This document shows positions 51,564 through 63,529 of a stretch of DNA of 64,000 nucleotides, in pieces. The position numbers and the translations under genes are program-made. The notes under the pieces are model-generated. The model was not told the DNA's origin. It searched no databases and saw only the letters and a program-made list of their open reading frames with translations. Location: contig NC_045696.1 in assembly GCF_009834535.1 (NCBI RefSeq), positions 14,882,001 through 14,946,000 on the forward strand, given 5' to 3'. The DNA comes from Camelus ferus. Lineage: Eukaryota. How positions within the stretch are numbered: position 1 is the stretch's first letter; each line of letters opens with the position of its first letter.

Positions 51564-53356
51564 TATTTACTTTTCTGTTCCCATTTGTGCAGTAAAGCTT
51601 TTCATTTCTTCTCTAACCCAATCCTTCCTCAACACATTATACTTAATTTAACTGTCCTGTGTCTATCCTATGACATTAGCTGTCTGTAGCTGAGAACTGA
51701 GGATTCTATCTGTGACTAGATGGATTTTATATTCAGTACAATTTAAATGTATACTGTAACTTTCAAAATGTTCAGTGCAATAAGATTCAGGTAAATGCTA
51801 TTTCATTAAGATAATTAGTGCCAATGTCTGTTTCTATATTTACCTTTCCAATTACTATAAAAAGGTTTCAATTTTAGGTTCACCTATTAGATGTAAAATG
51901 AAGTTGTATAAGTTTGACAATAATTTTTAGAGAAAAAAATTGAGAACTCTGATTTGAGAAATAGATTTAAAATTGCTAGTTATTTAATCTTAACTTTGTC
52001 TTAAAAATATCCATATGTGAATTCTGGCTAAAATCTTACTTAAAGAATGATTTTTAAAATATTCTACTTCTAAGCTTTCTTGTATTGAAATGTCACTTTT
52101 ATATTGATTCTATTCTCTTTTCATCAAATTAATGTATGGTTTAGTCAAAATCACATTCCTTTTGACAATAAGTAATTTCTCATTGATGCTCTCAGTGTGG
52201 AAATGATGAGACATAAAAATTTAAGTGCCTAGCTTATGTTAGTGATTCAACAGAGTACTCATTGGGGGCAAAACCACATTAAAAGTCATTCCTGAAGAAT
52301 CCTCCCTATTTTGAAATGATGATCCATGAGTGAAGACAACCCATGATTTTCAGAGGGAGGTGGAAAGAAAATGTGATAGGAATGGTTTGGATAAAAATAA
52401 TCCTCCAAGAGAAAAAAAGAAATAGTCACAATATTAAACAATTGTTTTGTTGGTTGGTGGTTCTGTGCCTACTGTAACTTGTGTATGTCAGGAGTTAGAA
52501 CACTACACATTTCTACTCAGTCTTTGTAAAACACACACACACATACACACTTTAAAATTTTTTTTTAATGAACCATAGGGAGAAACCAGTTCTTTTTCCT
52601 GTATGTGTTACCTAGTTACAGAAAAACAATAAGATTCAAAACAATCACAATTACATCTTGTGGTCAGAAAACTTCACCCAAGCAACGTAACTCTATTTTA
52701 CAAAGGTTGGACTTGGCCATTCAAGCCAGGAAAACCTATGAAGTCAACATATTTGATCAGCAGGCTCCTGCAACATAAATCAGCATTTCACTGAGTTTGG
52801 AATGGGCTTGAATAGCCCCTTTGATTATGTGGGGATGTTTATTTGCAAATGAGTTTACTTCTATACAAGAATAATAGAACACGTAATTCTCAAAGTTAGT
52901 AATTCCATAATAACCCATTGTCAAGAAATGGTTCTTAGGCAGTATTGGATAATGTATAACAATAGTTACAAAGACTACACATAGCCTTTTGTTAACAAAA
53001 ACGTTGAAGGCTTTAAGGAAATTTTGGATTAAAGATCTGTAAATTTTAATCAGTTGCCTACCTCATCTTCTTTACAACTGCAGGATGGAGGGTAAGATCT
53101 ATTGAAAAATATGCAATTTTGAAGTCATATATTGAAGGCATCAGACGTTAAAGCATTTTGCTCAAGCTAGAATAGGTGGGTAAAGGCTAAACTAATATGT
53201 TTTGCCAACCAGACAAAAAGAACACAACAGCTGTGAATGAAACATTATTCACACTTTGAGGTTCTGTCATTCATTCTTCAGCAATGTGAAGTTTGCCACT
53301 TGTGTAAGCTTGTTTTGCTTTGTTGGTGTTTTTATCCAGGAGACAACTTGACTCAC

Positions 53357-53400
53357 TGGAGAAATATTCTAGCTATGCAGAGCCTTCTTCATGGGAGGCT
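53357..53400 (-). pseudogene. Pseudo-exon (44 bp)
   Basis: ctttcccaag acceptor and CCA|gtgagt donor; ASHEEGSA*LEYFS; phase 2->1 matches both neighbours. Confidence 0.55.
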
Positions 53401-54320
53401 CTTGGGAAAGTTAGAAGATCCAGATAAAAGAAACTGAGGTCATTCAATGATACCAATAAGTCCATTTTTAGGTTCATTGTATCTACTGTAACATCCAAAA
53501 AAACTCCAAAAACTTTAGGAGGAAACAAAATGATTGTCCACAGCTGGGAAAACCTAAACTGTATAAGGTGTTAGACTACAGAGTAAATCAGTAATAGACT
53601 GCAATACTTTCAATTTATAAATTTGTTCTGTATTTATACTTTTTCTCACACTAAAGATGGCAGAATTTTAAAGCTAGACCATTGCTTAAAATTTATTGGC
53701 CTTAGTCTTATATACTGGTTTCAAACTTTAATTCCTGTACCTATGATCCTTAAAATTATATATAAAATTTGATTTACTAATAGACCTACAATTAGCGATG
53801 TTATATGTCAATCCTGAAATTACAGTAAATCTTTTTCACTCATCACTTAAGAGAGAAATTTAAAGCTGTTCATTACTCAATGATGTCAAGTAATCAAAAG
53901 CAGCCATCAAAAAAATCTTATAATACCTCTAGGATCTTAATATATTTATTTCAACCAATTGAGTAGCAATACATTGACATAGATTCCAATCAGTTGATAG
54001 AAAGATCATAATTTAAAGCATTAGTTTCAAGACTGGTGCCTATGTCCACGGAAGACTATATCACTCACCCTATGTTACACAATTCGATATATTTAACATC
54101 AAGAAATGCTCTCCTCTTTAAACATGTGACCCAGACACCCAGATGGAAAGACTGCTTTTAGCTGCTAGTAAGTAGGTAAAGGCTGTGGAGTGAGGCAAAG
54201 ACATGACTTAGCATCAAGCTTCTTGCTATTTTTGTTCATTCCTTACCTCCACTCCTGCTCCTTAGTTCTCTTAGACAATCAACATTTTCTGTTGCTGTTT
54301 TGGGTTTTCCCACTGTGTTC

Positions 54321-54765
54321 TGTTTTAGTTTCTTAGATCTGCCATAAAAATATACCATAATATTAGTGGCTTAAAAAAACCCAGAAATTTATTCCCTCAC
54401 AGTTTTGGAGGCTAGAAGTCTGAAATCAAGGTGTTGGCAGGATCACAGCCCTTCCAAATCTCAAAGGGAGAATCGTTCTTTGCCTTTTCCAGATTCTAGT
54501 AGGTCCTGACATTCTTTGGCTTGTGGTACCATAATTTTAGTCTTTGCCTTTACCTTCACACAGTCTTCATTATGACTCCCTTTGTTTCTGTGTCCTTTCC
54601 TCATCATATAAGGACACTCTTCTCTGGATTTAGGGCTCAAGCTAAATCCAGAATGATTTCATCTGAAAATCCTTAATTAATTGCATTTGAATTTTTTTTT
54701 TCCAAATAAGATATCATGAAGTGATGATGCACTTGAATTTGGGGAGACACTATTCAACTCTTCTC
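54321..54765 (-). mobile_element. MLT1B/C-type MaLR LTR
   Basis: agtggcttaaaa...cagaaatttattccctcacagttttggaggctagaagtctgaaatcaaggtg. Confidence 0.9.
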
Positions 54766-55020
54766 CATGTTATTAACACTTTTTCTCAAATATTTAGAAT
54801 TCATTCAGCAGAATTCTCAGTCTCCATTGTGTAGCTCCAAGTCTTTGTAGAAAATCAAACTCCACCTTTGGCAAAGGACTGTACAGAGGTACCAGTTTCA
54901 ATTCTCTGCTCATCAGGAAAAATAAAATAAACATGTTTATTTGTGCCACCCACACCACTGTCAGGATATGAAGTTATGCCTGTAGCTGGTATTTGGATTC
55001 CACATCCTGATAATTCTTAC

Positions 55021-55277
55021 TGTATGATGGAATGTGCCAGTTGGCAGGCCTGCAGAATTGCAGCTCCTGGTGCAACAGCTGCATCTTGATGTGTGCCCCC
55101 AATTGGAAGAAGAGCTCAAGAGCAGAAATTCTTAACTGCTTCCAAGATCGCCAAAAGGAAGGAATGAACATAGTTGGACTTGAACATCTGCTCCTGCTGA
55201 CCGCAGTGAAATGAGCATGTGACTTGGCAGAACATTTGTGTCTGTATAGCGGTGGAGGGTGATGAGTTAAAGCCCCC
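55021..55277 (-). pseudogene. Pseudo-exon (257 bp)
   Basis: ctattttctag acceptor and CA|gtaaga donor; GGFNSSPSTAIQTQMFCQVTCSFHCGQQEQMFKSNYVHSFLLAILEAVKNFCS*ALLPIGGTHQDAAVAPGAAILQACQLAHSII; single TGA at 55116-55118; phase 0->2. Confidence 0.7.
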
Positions 55278-56084
55278 CTAGAAAATAGAGCCTGAAGCAA
55301 AGCTGATGTGGTAACACTGTGGGAAGAGGTGCAATTCCAGGTCGCAAAAGTTGAGGGGGAAAAAAATATCACATTCAAGGTGGTGTGTTCCTGAACTGAC
55401 CACAAGATACACAGCTGTTGGCTGAGTGTTACTCAGTCTATGGAAAAGCTAAGGGAAATATTTTCCCAAGATGACTCTTTGAGGGAGAGGGAGGATGTGA
55501 GTAAATGTGAAGAAATAATATGTTGGCTCCTCCATTTCTCCTGACTGTCAGTGACCATATTTTATCCCAATGGTCTGAAATCCCCAACACTTAGCATTGT
55601 GTTATGTAGTCTCCCTAACAGGAACTGGGCAGGCCAGAGTCTCCCTGGGCACTGGAGTTGCTTCAGCTTCCAAACCGCTGTCCAGCCCCTGTCCAGGGAG
55701 GCTGAAATAGCCAGTGGTGCAATGAGATGAGGCCTGGACACTGATGAGACTCTATATTGAACAAGGCCTGAGCGGAACAGGTCAGGTTGAGCAAATACCT
55801 TAGGAAACACTACAGACGAGTGATAATAAATAAGGGGCAAATTTTAGTCAACTGCTCAATCCTTATAGAAATGAACAGGGCTTCTCATGTGAAAGATAAC
55901 TCTCCAGATTCATGCTCTATGAATCAAAACTAGTCCAACAGGTCTAGTCACCAGCTCACCCCATGTAATCACTTTGAATGAATGCTTACACTTGTTTACT
56001 AGAGCTTGTTACTAGGGTGCCTTATCTAGCAAGAAACCTCTTCCTTAGAACATAGCTAGGGCCCTTCTAATCAGATGGTGCCTG

Positions 56085-56452
56085 GCGTAGTCAATTTGAG
56101 CCACTGTAATAAATTACTGTATCAAGGGTAGCTTAAATAACAAATAATTATTTCTCATAGTTCTGGATGCCTGAGATCAGAGTTCCAGTGTGATTGGGTT
56201 TTTAGTGATGGCCTTCCTCCTAGTTCACAGATGGCTGCCTTCTCACTGCATCCTTACATGGCACAGGACAGAGAAAGAGACAGAGAGAGGAAGCTTGTAC
56301 TGTCTCTTCTTATAAGGTCACTAATCCCATCGTTAGAGCTCTACTCCCATAAACTTATTACCTCCTAAAGGCTCCATATTCAGATGTCATCACATTGAGG
56401 ATCAGGGTTTCAGCATATACATTTGAAGTGGACACAAACACTCAGCCCATAG
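56085..56452 (-). mobile_element. MLT1A-type MaLR LTR
   Basis: tatttctcatagttctggatg...tctcttcttataaggtcactaatcccat...ggacacaaacactcagcccatag. Confidence 0.88.
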
Positions 56453-56599
56453 TAGTGGTCTCTAGCATCCATGACCATGTTTTCTTTGGTCTTCAGTGTG
56501 TCCTGGAACTACTACCTCTATACCACACAGACTTCATCTCCACCTATTCTTTCTTCCTTTTTCCTTATCCCTTTCTCTTTCTGATCCCAGCTGTGGTGG

Positions 56600-56900
56600 A
56601 CATAACCATCACAGACTGGAAGAGAATAGGAGCCATGATGACCAAAAACAACATGGGATCCTAAGGTGGATCCTAAAACACAAAAAAAGACCAGCCCCAC
56701 TCTAAACCTGAAATCTGAATAAAGCCTGTAGCTTAGTTAATAGGGTTGTACCAACATTTATTTCTTAATTTCGATTAATGTGTCATGATCATGTAAGATA
56801 TTAACATAAGAGAAATGGGTGAAGAATAAGTAGAAACTCTCTGATCCATGTGACACTTCTGTAAATCTAAAGTTATTTGAAAATAATAATTTAAAAAACT
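56600..56900 (+). mobile_element. L1MB/MC 3' end fragment
   Basis: gggatcctaaggtggatcct...gaaatctgaataaag...ttctgtaaatctaaagttatt. Confidence 0.8.
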
Positions 56901-56909
56901 CTCCTGTGT

Positions 56910-57300
56910 TAAGCTTAGTGGCTTAAAATAACAGAAATGTTTTCTCTCACAGTTCTTGAGGCTGGAAGTCTGAAGCAAAGGATTGTCCAAACTGCATTCC
57001 TTTTGGAGGCTCTAGGGGGAAATCTGTCCTTTGCCTCTTCCAGCTTCTGGTGGTTCCTTGGCTTGCAACCACATCAGTCCAGTCACTGCATCTGTCTTCA
57101 CATTGCTTTCTGATCTTTTGTCTGTGTGTCTTACCTGTGTGTCTCCTATAAGGACGCTTGCCATTGGATTTGGGGCCCACCTATGTAATTCAAGATGTTG
57201 GCTTCATCTTAAGATCCTTAATTACATATGGAAAGACAATTTCCCCAAATAGGGTAACATTCACAGATTCTGGGAGGCCACCATTCAACCCAGTACAACT
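56910..57300 (-). mobile_element. MLT1B-type MaLR LTR
   Basis: cttagtggcttaaaataacagaaatg...ggaggctctagggg...cattggatttggggcccacc. Confidence 0.9.
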
Positions 57301-57942
57301 TCCTACCCAAATGTGGCCAGGGTTAAATAAATTAATTATAGAGCCATCTTTTAAAAGATGGTGTCCTCTGATGAGATTGATTGGTCCAAAGTTAAGCGTA
57401 TGGGCCAATAAGAATCCTTTTCTTAGCTGCCCATATTACCTGCTCAGTGGAGAAAACTTAGGGAGGAAAAATCCAGCTGATAGCCAGTGAGAGGTAGAAA
57501 TAAGAGATAGAGGTAGAGAGAGATCTGATGATATTCAAGTATTTGGTGCCTGGTATCCTTAAGTTCAGATTTCACTTGTCTTCCTCATCAGTTTGTTATG
57601 TGAGATGTGATCCAATAGGTAACTGCTTGGTCTCATGATTTTTTTCTTGATCTTGGGCATTTCTAGTAAAAGAGCACTGAATTAATGACTCCTGATTAAT
57701 GAACATATATTCAAGAGCATTGTCAAAGCAGATGATATTTTTCTTAGCTAAAAACTGCCTCATATTGAAAGTATAACTGGAAAATACACCCAGTAGATAT
57801 GTCCATGTCTTGTGTCATATTTATTCTAGGAGATAAAGGCCCTCTGAAAATACATGGAAAAATATTTCACAATGAAAATATATTTGATGCTCAACTTCCC
57901 TTGGTGATTTTCTAAAGATTTAAAATAAAATAAATTCCTAAT

Positions 57943-58024
57943 CTTTCCAGGTTTATCACAGGATTTATGAGCAACAATCAGAGGCTTCTTCATGTTTCCA
58001 TCAACACTTGGGTATCAGTACCAT
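57943..58024 (-). pseudogene. Pseudo-exon (82 bp)
   Basis: ttttagttttctcag acceptor; WY*YPSVDGNMKKPLIVAHKSCDKPGK; phase 2->0; donor degenerate (AAG|attagg). Confidence 0.6.
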
Positions 58025-58224
58025 CTGAGAAAACTAAAACATGTTCTTCAAAATCCTATAGTAATATCTTAGATTGGATTTCAGTTGGTCAATCCTTACA
58101 CATTCAAATAAAGACCTATATTCAGGATTGACACTAGGAAGGCTCTTGGAAGCTGAGGACTGAGCTCTTGGGATGCTTTGTATGATAAGGATGCTTTTGC
58201 ATGCCTGAAGCCTTGTACAATGCT

Positions 58225-58641
58225 GAACCAATTCAACTAGATAGTTTATGCTATAGACGTGATTTATGATGAATTCTTACCTTTTCTCTGATGTGTGAAG
58301 CTTAATGTGGTGACTCTAGGTTTACATGACTGACCACTAATAAAAACCCTGGACAGCAAGGCTCAGGTGAGCTCCCCTAATTGACAACTCTTCATTCATG
58401 TTGTCAGCTACCATTGTTGGGGGAACAAAGAACATCTCCTGTGACTCCAATGAGAAGCATCATATGAAAGCTTGTACTTGATTTCTTCTTGACTTCAACA
58501 TTTGACTTTTCCCCTTGCTGATTTTGCTCTGTATCTCTTTATTATAATAAACCAGAACCATGACTATAACAATTTCTGACTCCTGTGAGTTCTTCTAGTG
58601 AATTATCAAGTCTAAGGATGGTCGTAGGAATTCCAGACACA
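58225..58641 (+). mobile_element. MER21-type LTR (3' part)
   Basis: aataaaaaccctggacagcaaggctcaggtgagc...ccttgctgattttgctctgtatc...ttctagtgaattatcaa...gacaca. Confidence 0.85.
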
Positions 58642-58850
58642 AAATCCAAAGTGGAAAAACTAGTCTTTCACGGAGGATTAGACAAGATTGCATTCTAATG
58701 ATTTCATTGAGTTTGCAATGACCCTTTATTTTTCCAACCCCACCAATCATCAGAAATTTTCAGAGCATTTAGTTGAGGCTGAAGTACCTGATGAAATCCT
58801 AATGTACTTGCTAAACGTTGATTCTTATACACTCAAATAATGTCTCCTAC

Positions 58851-59759
58851 ATTGCTTTTGGCAACATCTCCTTTAAGGATGTACTTGTAAAGGATGATAT
58901 ATATAATTCCGTAGTCATGTCTTGTCCAATAGATCATCCATAGAATGAAATATTCACTGCCTGGCATAGCAAGGCTTCTGAATACTCATACGCTCTCAGG
59001 TATTCCTGGATATCACCAATGACAATTTTTATATCATCTGGCCTTTCCCCTACCTGTCACACACATACAATTTTTCTACTTTCCTTTCTTCCTTCTTCTT
59101 GCTATCATCTTTGCCAAGAAATACGTTCAGATGTGGGCAGAGATTTTGAGTAAAATGAAAGTGTTGAAAATAATTTTCTCTAGAATTCAAAGTACCATTA
59201 GCATTTTCTCCAAATTCTAGTTCATTTTAACATTTTACGATCAAATTGAATACCATTAGCATAGCTGGTAGATCCTTCAGCTTTAAGGAAAGCCAGTCTC
59301 GGATAAGGGGGAGAAGCATCATTTGTGATCTAAATCAAGCATCATTGTTGCTTCTCACATTTAGAAGCATCTCCTTGACAGGCTCTTTGGCAGTCTGACC
59401 TCTGTAGTCATACTTTTGGACAAACTAGAAAGTCTAACTTGTGTAAAGTTAGGTTATCACTCTTATTTCTCCTCTCAAACGTATGTTCCTTTTTTACATA
59501 ACGTTGAACAGCAGAAGATATCAGAGAGATCTTTCTGTGCCTCATCTTCAAATGCAGTTTTGGAGACAAAGCTGGCTGTAACTCAGTTGAACCAGCACGA
59601 GGAAGAAGTCATTTGTTATCCACCGGTGTACGTACTCAAGATTAAGAGCTGCAGTTGGGTGCTCCCAAGAGTGCCAAGAACAGCAGCACTGGATCTTATT
59701 CATCCAAAATGAATAGTTTTCAACTGTGGTTAGACAATCTCAAATTCAAATTTTGGTTC
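58851..59759 (-). pseudogene. Large pseudo-exon (~909 bp)
   Basis: ctcttacattcag acceptor and AT|gtagga donor. Segments EPKFEFEIV, LHKLDFLVCPK[fs]YDYRGQTAKEPVKEMLL, YPRLAFLKAEGSTSYANGIQFDRKML[fs]NELEFG and VGERPDDIKIVIGDIQEYLRAYEYSEALLCQAVNISFYG*SIGQDMTTELYISSFTSTSLKEMLPKA (TGA at 58934-58936). Confidence 0.65.
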
Positions 59760-59839
59760 CTGAATGTAAGAGATGCATCACTCGATCTGTTTCTCATATG
59801 CTAGGAATGTTCTTAAGTTTCTTTGCCTACTTGTAATCA

Positions 59840-60008
59840 CTGATATTAAAATTAGCAATACCTGGGGTATTTTTAAAACTATCAGTGCCTATGTCTTTCC
59901 CTTAGAAAGTCTGATAAAACTAGTCTAGGGTGTGGGGCCTGGGCATCTGCATTTTATAAAAACTCTCTTAGTGAGTCTATAGTGTAGTTAGCATTGAGAC
60001 CACTGCCC
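59840..60008. mobile_element. MER5-type hAT MITE
   Basis: gtctagggtgtggggcctgggcatctgcatttt...ttgagaccactg. Confidence 0.75.
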
Positions 60009-60106
60009 TAAAAACCCTTTAAATGGATTTTCTAAGCACTAGCTCAGGCAATTATCCTTTCATTTAAGGGGACACGATGACCCTTCAAAGTAATTTAGAA
60101 AGTTGC

Positions 60107-60348
60107 CTCCTCCAGCAACACAGAAGAGGCGCTGTCTTGGGACTCTCCCCATCCATCTCCCTCTGCTTCTCTTTTCTCCTTTAAGACTGATGCCAAATTA
60201 ATCACTGATATATTCAAAACTACTACATTTCTCTTTTCTACAATCCCATCACCACAGAGAACAGATTTAAATACAAAATTCCAAGAAAATATAGACAAAC
60301 TTCTCAACATCAAGAATCTCTTCTTCCATCACATTTGACTTCTTATAT
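60107..60348 (-). pseudogene. Pseudo-exon
   Basis: tcctag acceptor; YKKSNVMEEEILDVEKFVYIFL[fs]NFVFKSVLCGDGIVEKRNVVVLNIS...SVLLEE; non-canonical GAG|gc donor. Phase 2->0 with one frameshift fits both neighbours. Confidence 0.5.
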
Positions 60349-60499
60349 CTAGGACTCAAATTTAGCTAATGACTGAGAAGGCACCAAATAATTTTATACT
60401 TTTGAAGGATGCCTGCATGAGTCTCCTCCTAATAGTTCAGATAATCAAGTTTGCATACATAAGAAAACAAATAAACAAACAAAAAACTACTCAAAGAAC

Positions 60500-61454
60500 T
60501 TAATTTATTCACTACTTTAACAAATATTTATTAAGTAACTATTATGAACCAACTACATAGGTGCTGGGAAGAGCGTTTACAATAAAGGCACAACCCCTGA
60601 TCTCAGGGAGCTTACAGACCGGTGGAGGGTGGCCAGGAAGTGGGAGGAGGCAAACATTCTGTTACCCCAAAAGGAAAAGGAAAAGGAAAAGACACCAGTT
60701 CTTTCATACTTGACAGACAAGATTACAGAGGGGAGGTAGTGCATTGTATAGCGAAAGATTTTAAAAGATTTATTTAGGAAAAGAAAAGTTCTTCTCCTAG
60801 AACAGGAGGTGGGCTGACCCAAGGGGGAAAAGCAGACGTCTTTGTCTCCACTTTCTCTTATACCCTCACTTAGAGATGATCTTTTGAATGATTGACAGCT
60901 CTAGTCCCTGGATGCTTAGTCACGTTTGTCCCTTTTGCGCATGTCCTTACCCATGGTTTACACAGAAAAAGCCATGGGAGGGGGGTTAACTTCAACAGCT
61001 TATTGTATTACAATGAACATCGGGTCATGTCTGTTTAAGTCCTTCTTGCCTCCGATCGGTTGTGGCTACTCGGTTCTAACGGTTTCTTGCTGTCAGTCAT
61101 TTAGAAGAAGTAAAACCCCTTTATGCTGGAGGCAGGAATAACGCCAACTTCCAGATCATCCTCCCTCTCCTCCACCTGTCTGCCCGGTATCCCCACTTAT
61201 CTAACTACCTAACAATTCAACAAATCCATACTGGAATGTAAGAGTGAGAAGTATTAGAAGGAAAACACAGGGAGTTGTTAATTTGAGGAGGGTGGGATGA
61301 TCAGGAAAAGGCTTCTTTGAGGAAATAGCATTTAAATTGAGAACCAATGGGTGAGTATGGGGTAGAGTCGGGTATGGCAGGGAGAGGAGAATCCAGGCAA
61401 ATGAAAAAGAAGATGTTTGGATTTGAAGGGCAGAATGAGCTTGGTGATCAAAGG

Positions 61455-61487
<33 letters not shown>

Positions 61488-61650
61488 CCTACGTAAAAGC
61501 AATGTGACTGGAGTAAAGTGAATACAGAGGGGGTTGGTGAAAGATGTGACTGGAGAACCAAGCCAAGGTTGGAACTCACAGAGCCCCAGAGGTCTCATGA
61601 AAAGGTCTGCATTTTAGTCTGGGAGTAATTCGAATTAACTGCAATTTTTT
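60500..61650 (-). mobile_element. L2 3' portion split by an LTR
   Basis: aacaaatatttattaag...cagggagcttacag on the left; tcaggaaaaggcttctttgaggaa...aatgtgactggag on the right. Confidence 0.8.
60660..61214 (-). mobile_element. Young solo ERV LTR
   Basis: TGTTA...TAACA termini, perfect 4-bp TSD attc, minus-strand AATAAA, CpGs retained. Confidence 0.9.
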
Positions 61651-61899
61651 ACATAAAAGATGACATTCTCAAAGGAAAAAAAAAAATTGAAAAGTCCTGG
61701 TATTTTATTTATTTATTTATTTATTTATTTATTCATTCATTCATTCATTCAGTCAGTCAGTCATCTATTCATATTTTGCTTAAATGTCACCTTTTTAAAG
61801 AGGCCAGTGCCAACTCCTCTATTTAGTAAAGTAACATGTCCCCACCCTTCCCAATGCTCTAACTCCATGGCGGTTTCTTGTTTGTTTGTTTGTTTGTTT

Positions 61900-62495
61900 T
61901 CTGGCCCCTACCAATTGCAAGCAGGTCTTTGCAGGAAACCGCCCCAGCAGAAAACCTCTTTCCTTGTCACCTTAGCAAAAGCTGTATTATAACCAATCTT
62001 AAACCAGGCACCCCCATACCCTACACGTCTCCGACCTAAGCACACCTTTCAAATCACACAACACCTTGCCTGACCTGTTGGTCCTTCTTTCTGCAGCAGA
62101 TCAAAGAAATAGAAATGGAGACTCAGTAACTAATGAATGACCACATCTCTTCCTCGGCTTCCCCTTCGGTAATCTCACAAACAACTGAAATGTGTGAACT
62201 GGAGAGCATCCAAAGAAACTTCACAGAGAACTGACAGTCCTGCACGCAGCCTGGGAGCTGGGGGTGTGGTGATGACTCTGACCCCGTATCTCATTCATCA
62301 GCTAGGATACTCCCCTATTTCCACTGATAAACGTCCACAGATGAGCAGAATCTTCGGAGATGGTCGTGGGGGACAGAAACTCACCATCTCCCCAGATTGC
62401 CAGCATTCTGATTAAAAGCAATTGTCCTTTATAACAACATTGCCTCTTTGCTTATTGACTTACAGAGGCAAGCAGCGGTCCCAGGTTTGGTAACA
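61900..62495 (+). mobile_element. ERV1 LTR (MER4/MER34-group-like) within an L2 3' end (~61770-62660)
   Basis: Ends gccagcattctgattaaaagc...gcaagcagc...ggtaaca; 5' boundary unclear. Confidence 0.65.
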
Positions 62496-62854
62496 CAATC
62501 AAACCATTTGCTTACTGTGTTTGCAGTCTGCTGCTGGTCCCCCTGGTCACCAGCATAAGCACCGCAGGAGCAGAGAGCTTTTGGGTGTTTGCTGCTGTAT
62601 TACAAGCAGCTGTTTAGTGGCACCTAGCACGCAGGAGAAAATGTGCTCAGTAATTATTTACCCAGGACATGGACTTTCCTCTGGGCTAAATCCTTTGCTA
62701 AACTTTTGACCTTTCTCACACATTCACAGTCGACAGTTTAAACTTAATTCAGTAGTACAAAAAATAAATGTGTTTTTTTTTTCCCCCTTTAGATGTTCTA
62801 GTGAAAAGTCTTAGCATTGTGTATTTAAGCTTTGGAGTTGACGTGGTCACATAC

Positions 62855-63295
62855 TCAGCAGAGAGGTCATGGACCAAGTATTCTCACCCAGGAAGATATT
62901 TTCTTTAGATCAGATTCAGGAGGTGCCGTATGGGCAAGTCAGCCTGTGCACTATTTTTCTGGGACGCCTCTCACATATATCCATTTCTAGTCCCAGTCCT
63001 CAGCACGAACTTGACATTTGTGGGAGGCACTTTTTTAAGTTCACAGAGTGACCCCTGATGAATGTACTTGAGCTCAATCTGCTTATAGATTTCGTAGCAA
63101 AGGCCAAAGTAGTTTTTAACTCCTGAGATATTGAAACTGTCACTGCCCAGAAAATGGCAGGCTTGCCTTTAGAAAAGGAAGGCTTTTTCTGGCTTTTCCT
63201 CCAGGGTCTGAAGTGCTGACCAGTAGAGGGCAGCTGAAACTCTTCAAAATTGGCTCTGTATCCCGACCACCAGGAGATACAGGCTTCATTCATTT
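62855..63295 (-). pseudogene. Pseudo-exon (most 5' visible)
   Basis: Frame SLYLLVVGIQSQF*RVSAALYWSALQTLEEKPEKAFLF*RQACHFLGSDSFNISGVKNYFGLCYEIYKQIELKYIHQGSLCELKKVPPTNVKFVLRTG. Donor GA|gtatgt at 62855 (alternative GG|gtgaga at 62888). Acceptor not recognisable. Confidence 0.55.
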
Positions 63296-63529
63296 ATAGA
63301 GAAGTTTTTATGGCTTTCAGCTTATTTTTATTCCTTTTCGAATCACACAATATGATTAGTTTTTATACATGAGTAATAGATAATCAAAATAAACAGATAT
63401 GGAAACAAAGAGAATCACTGACATCACCATTGCTCTGAAATCACATACCTACTGTTACCATTGATGCATATTATTCTAATTATACATGCACATGCATTTC
63501 ATTAAATTTCTAAAAATGGGATCCTAGAG

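Larger units (their letters stand above)
1446..63295 (-). pseudogene. Large decayed multi-exon (unprocessed) pseudogene, putatively DNAAF9/C20orf194-like, with an internally inverted block
   Basis: More than 20 exon-like islands between repeats, with polypyrimidine-AG acceptors and GT donors. Long phase-compatible chains carry protein-like translations interrupted by TGA/TAA/TAG and 1-2 nt frameshifts. Family assignment is by-eye motif recall only. Confidence 0.7.

Noticed and set aside
54974..55405. 143-aa ORF as a standalone gene
   Set aside because: The splice-bounded, phase-compatible reading is a different frame of the same strand (exon 55021-55277).
45683..59430. GREB1-, cGAS- or IFI44-like identity of the fossil protein
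   Set aside because: Only isolated short resemblances, out of order or lacking catalytic motifs.
63000..63293. 97-aa ORF as the true N-terminus
   Set aside because: An overlapping frame with stops is more protein-like and continues to the donor sites.
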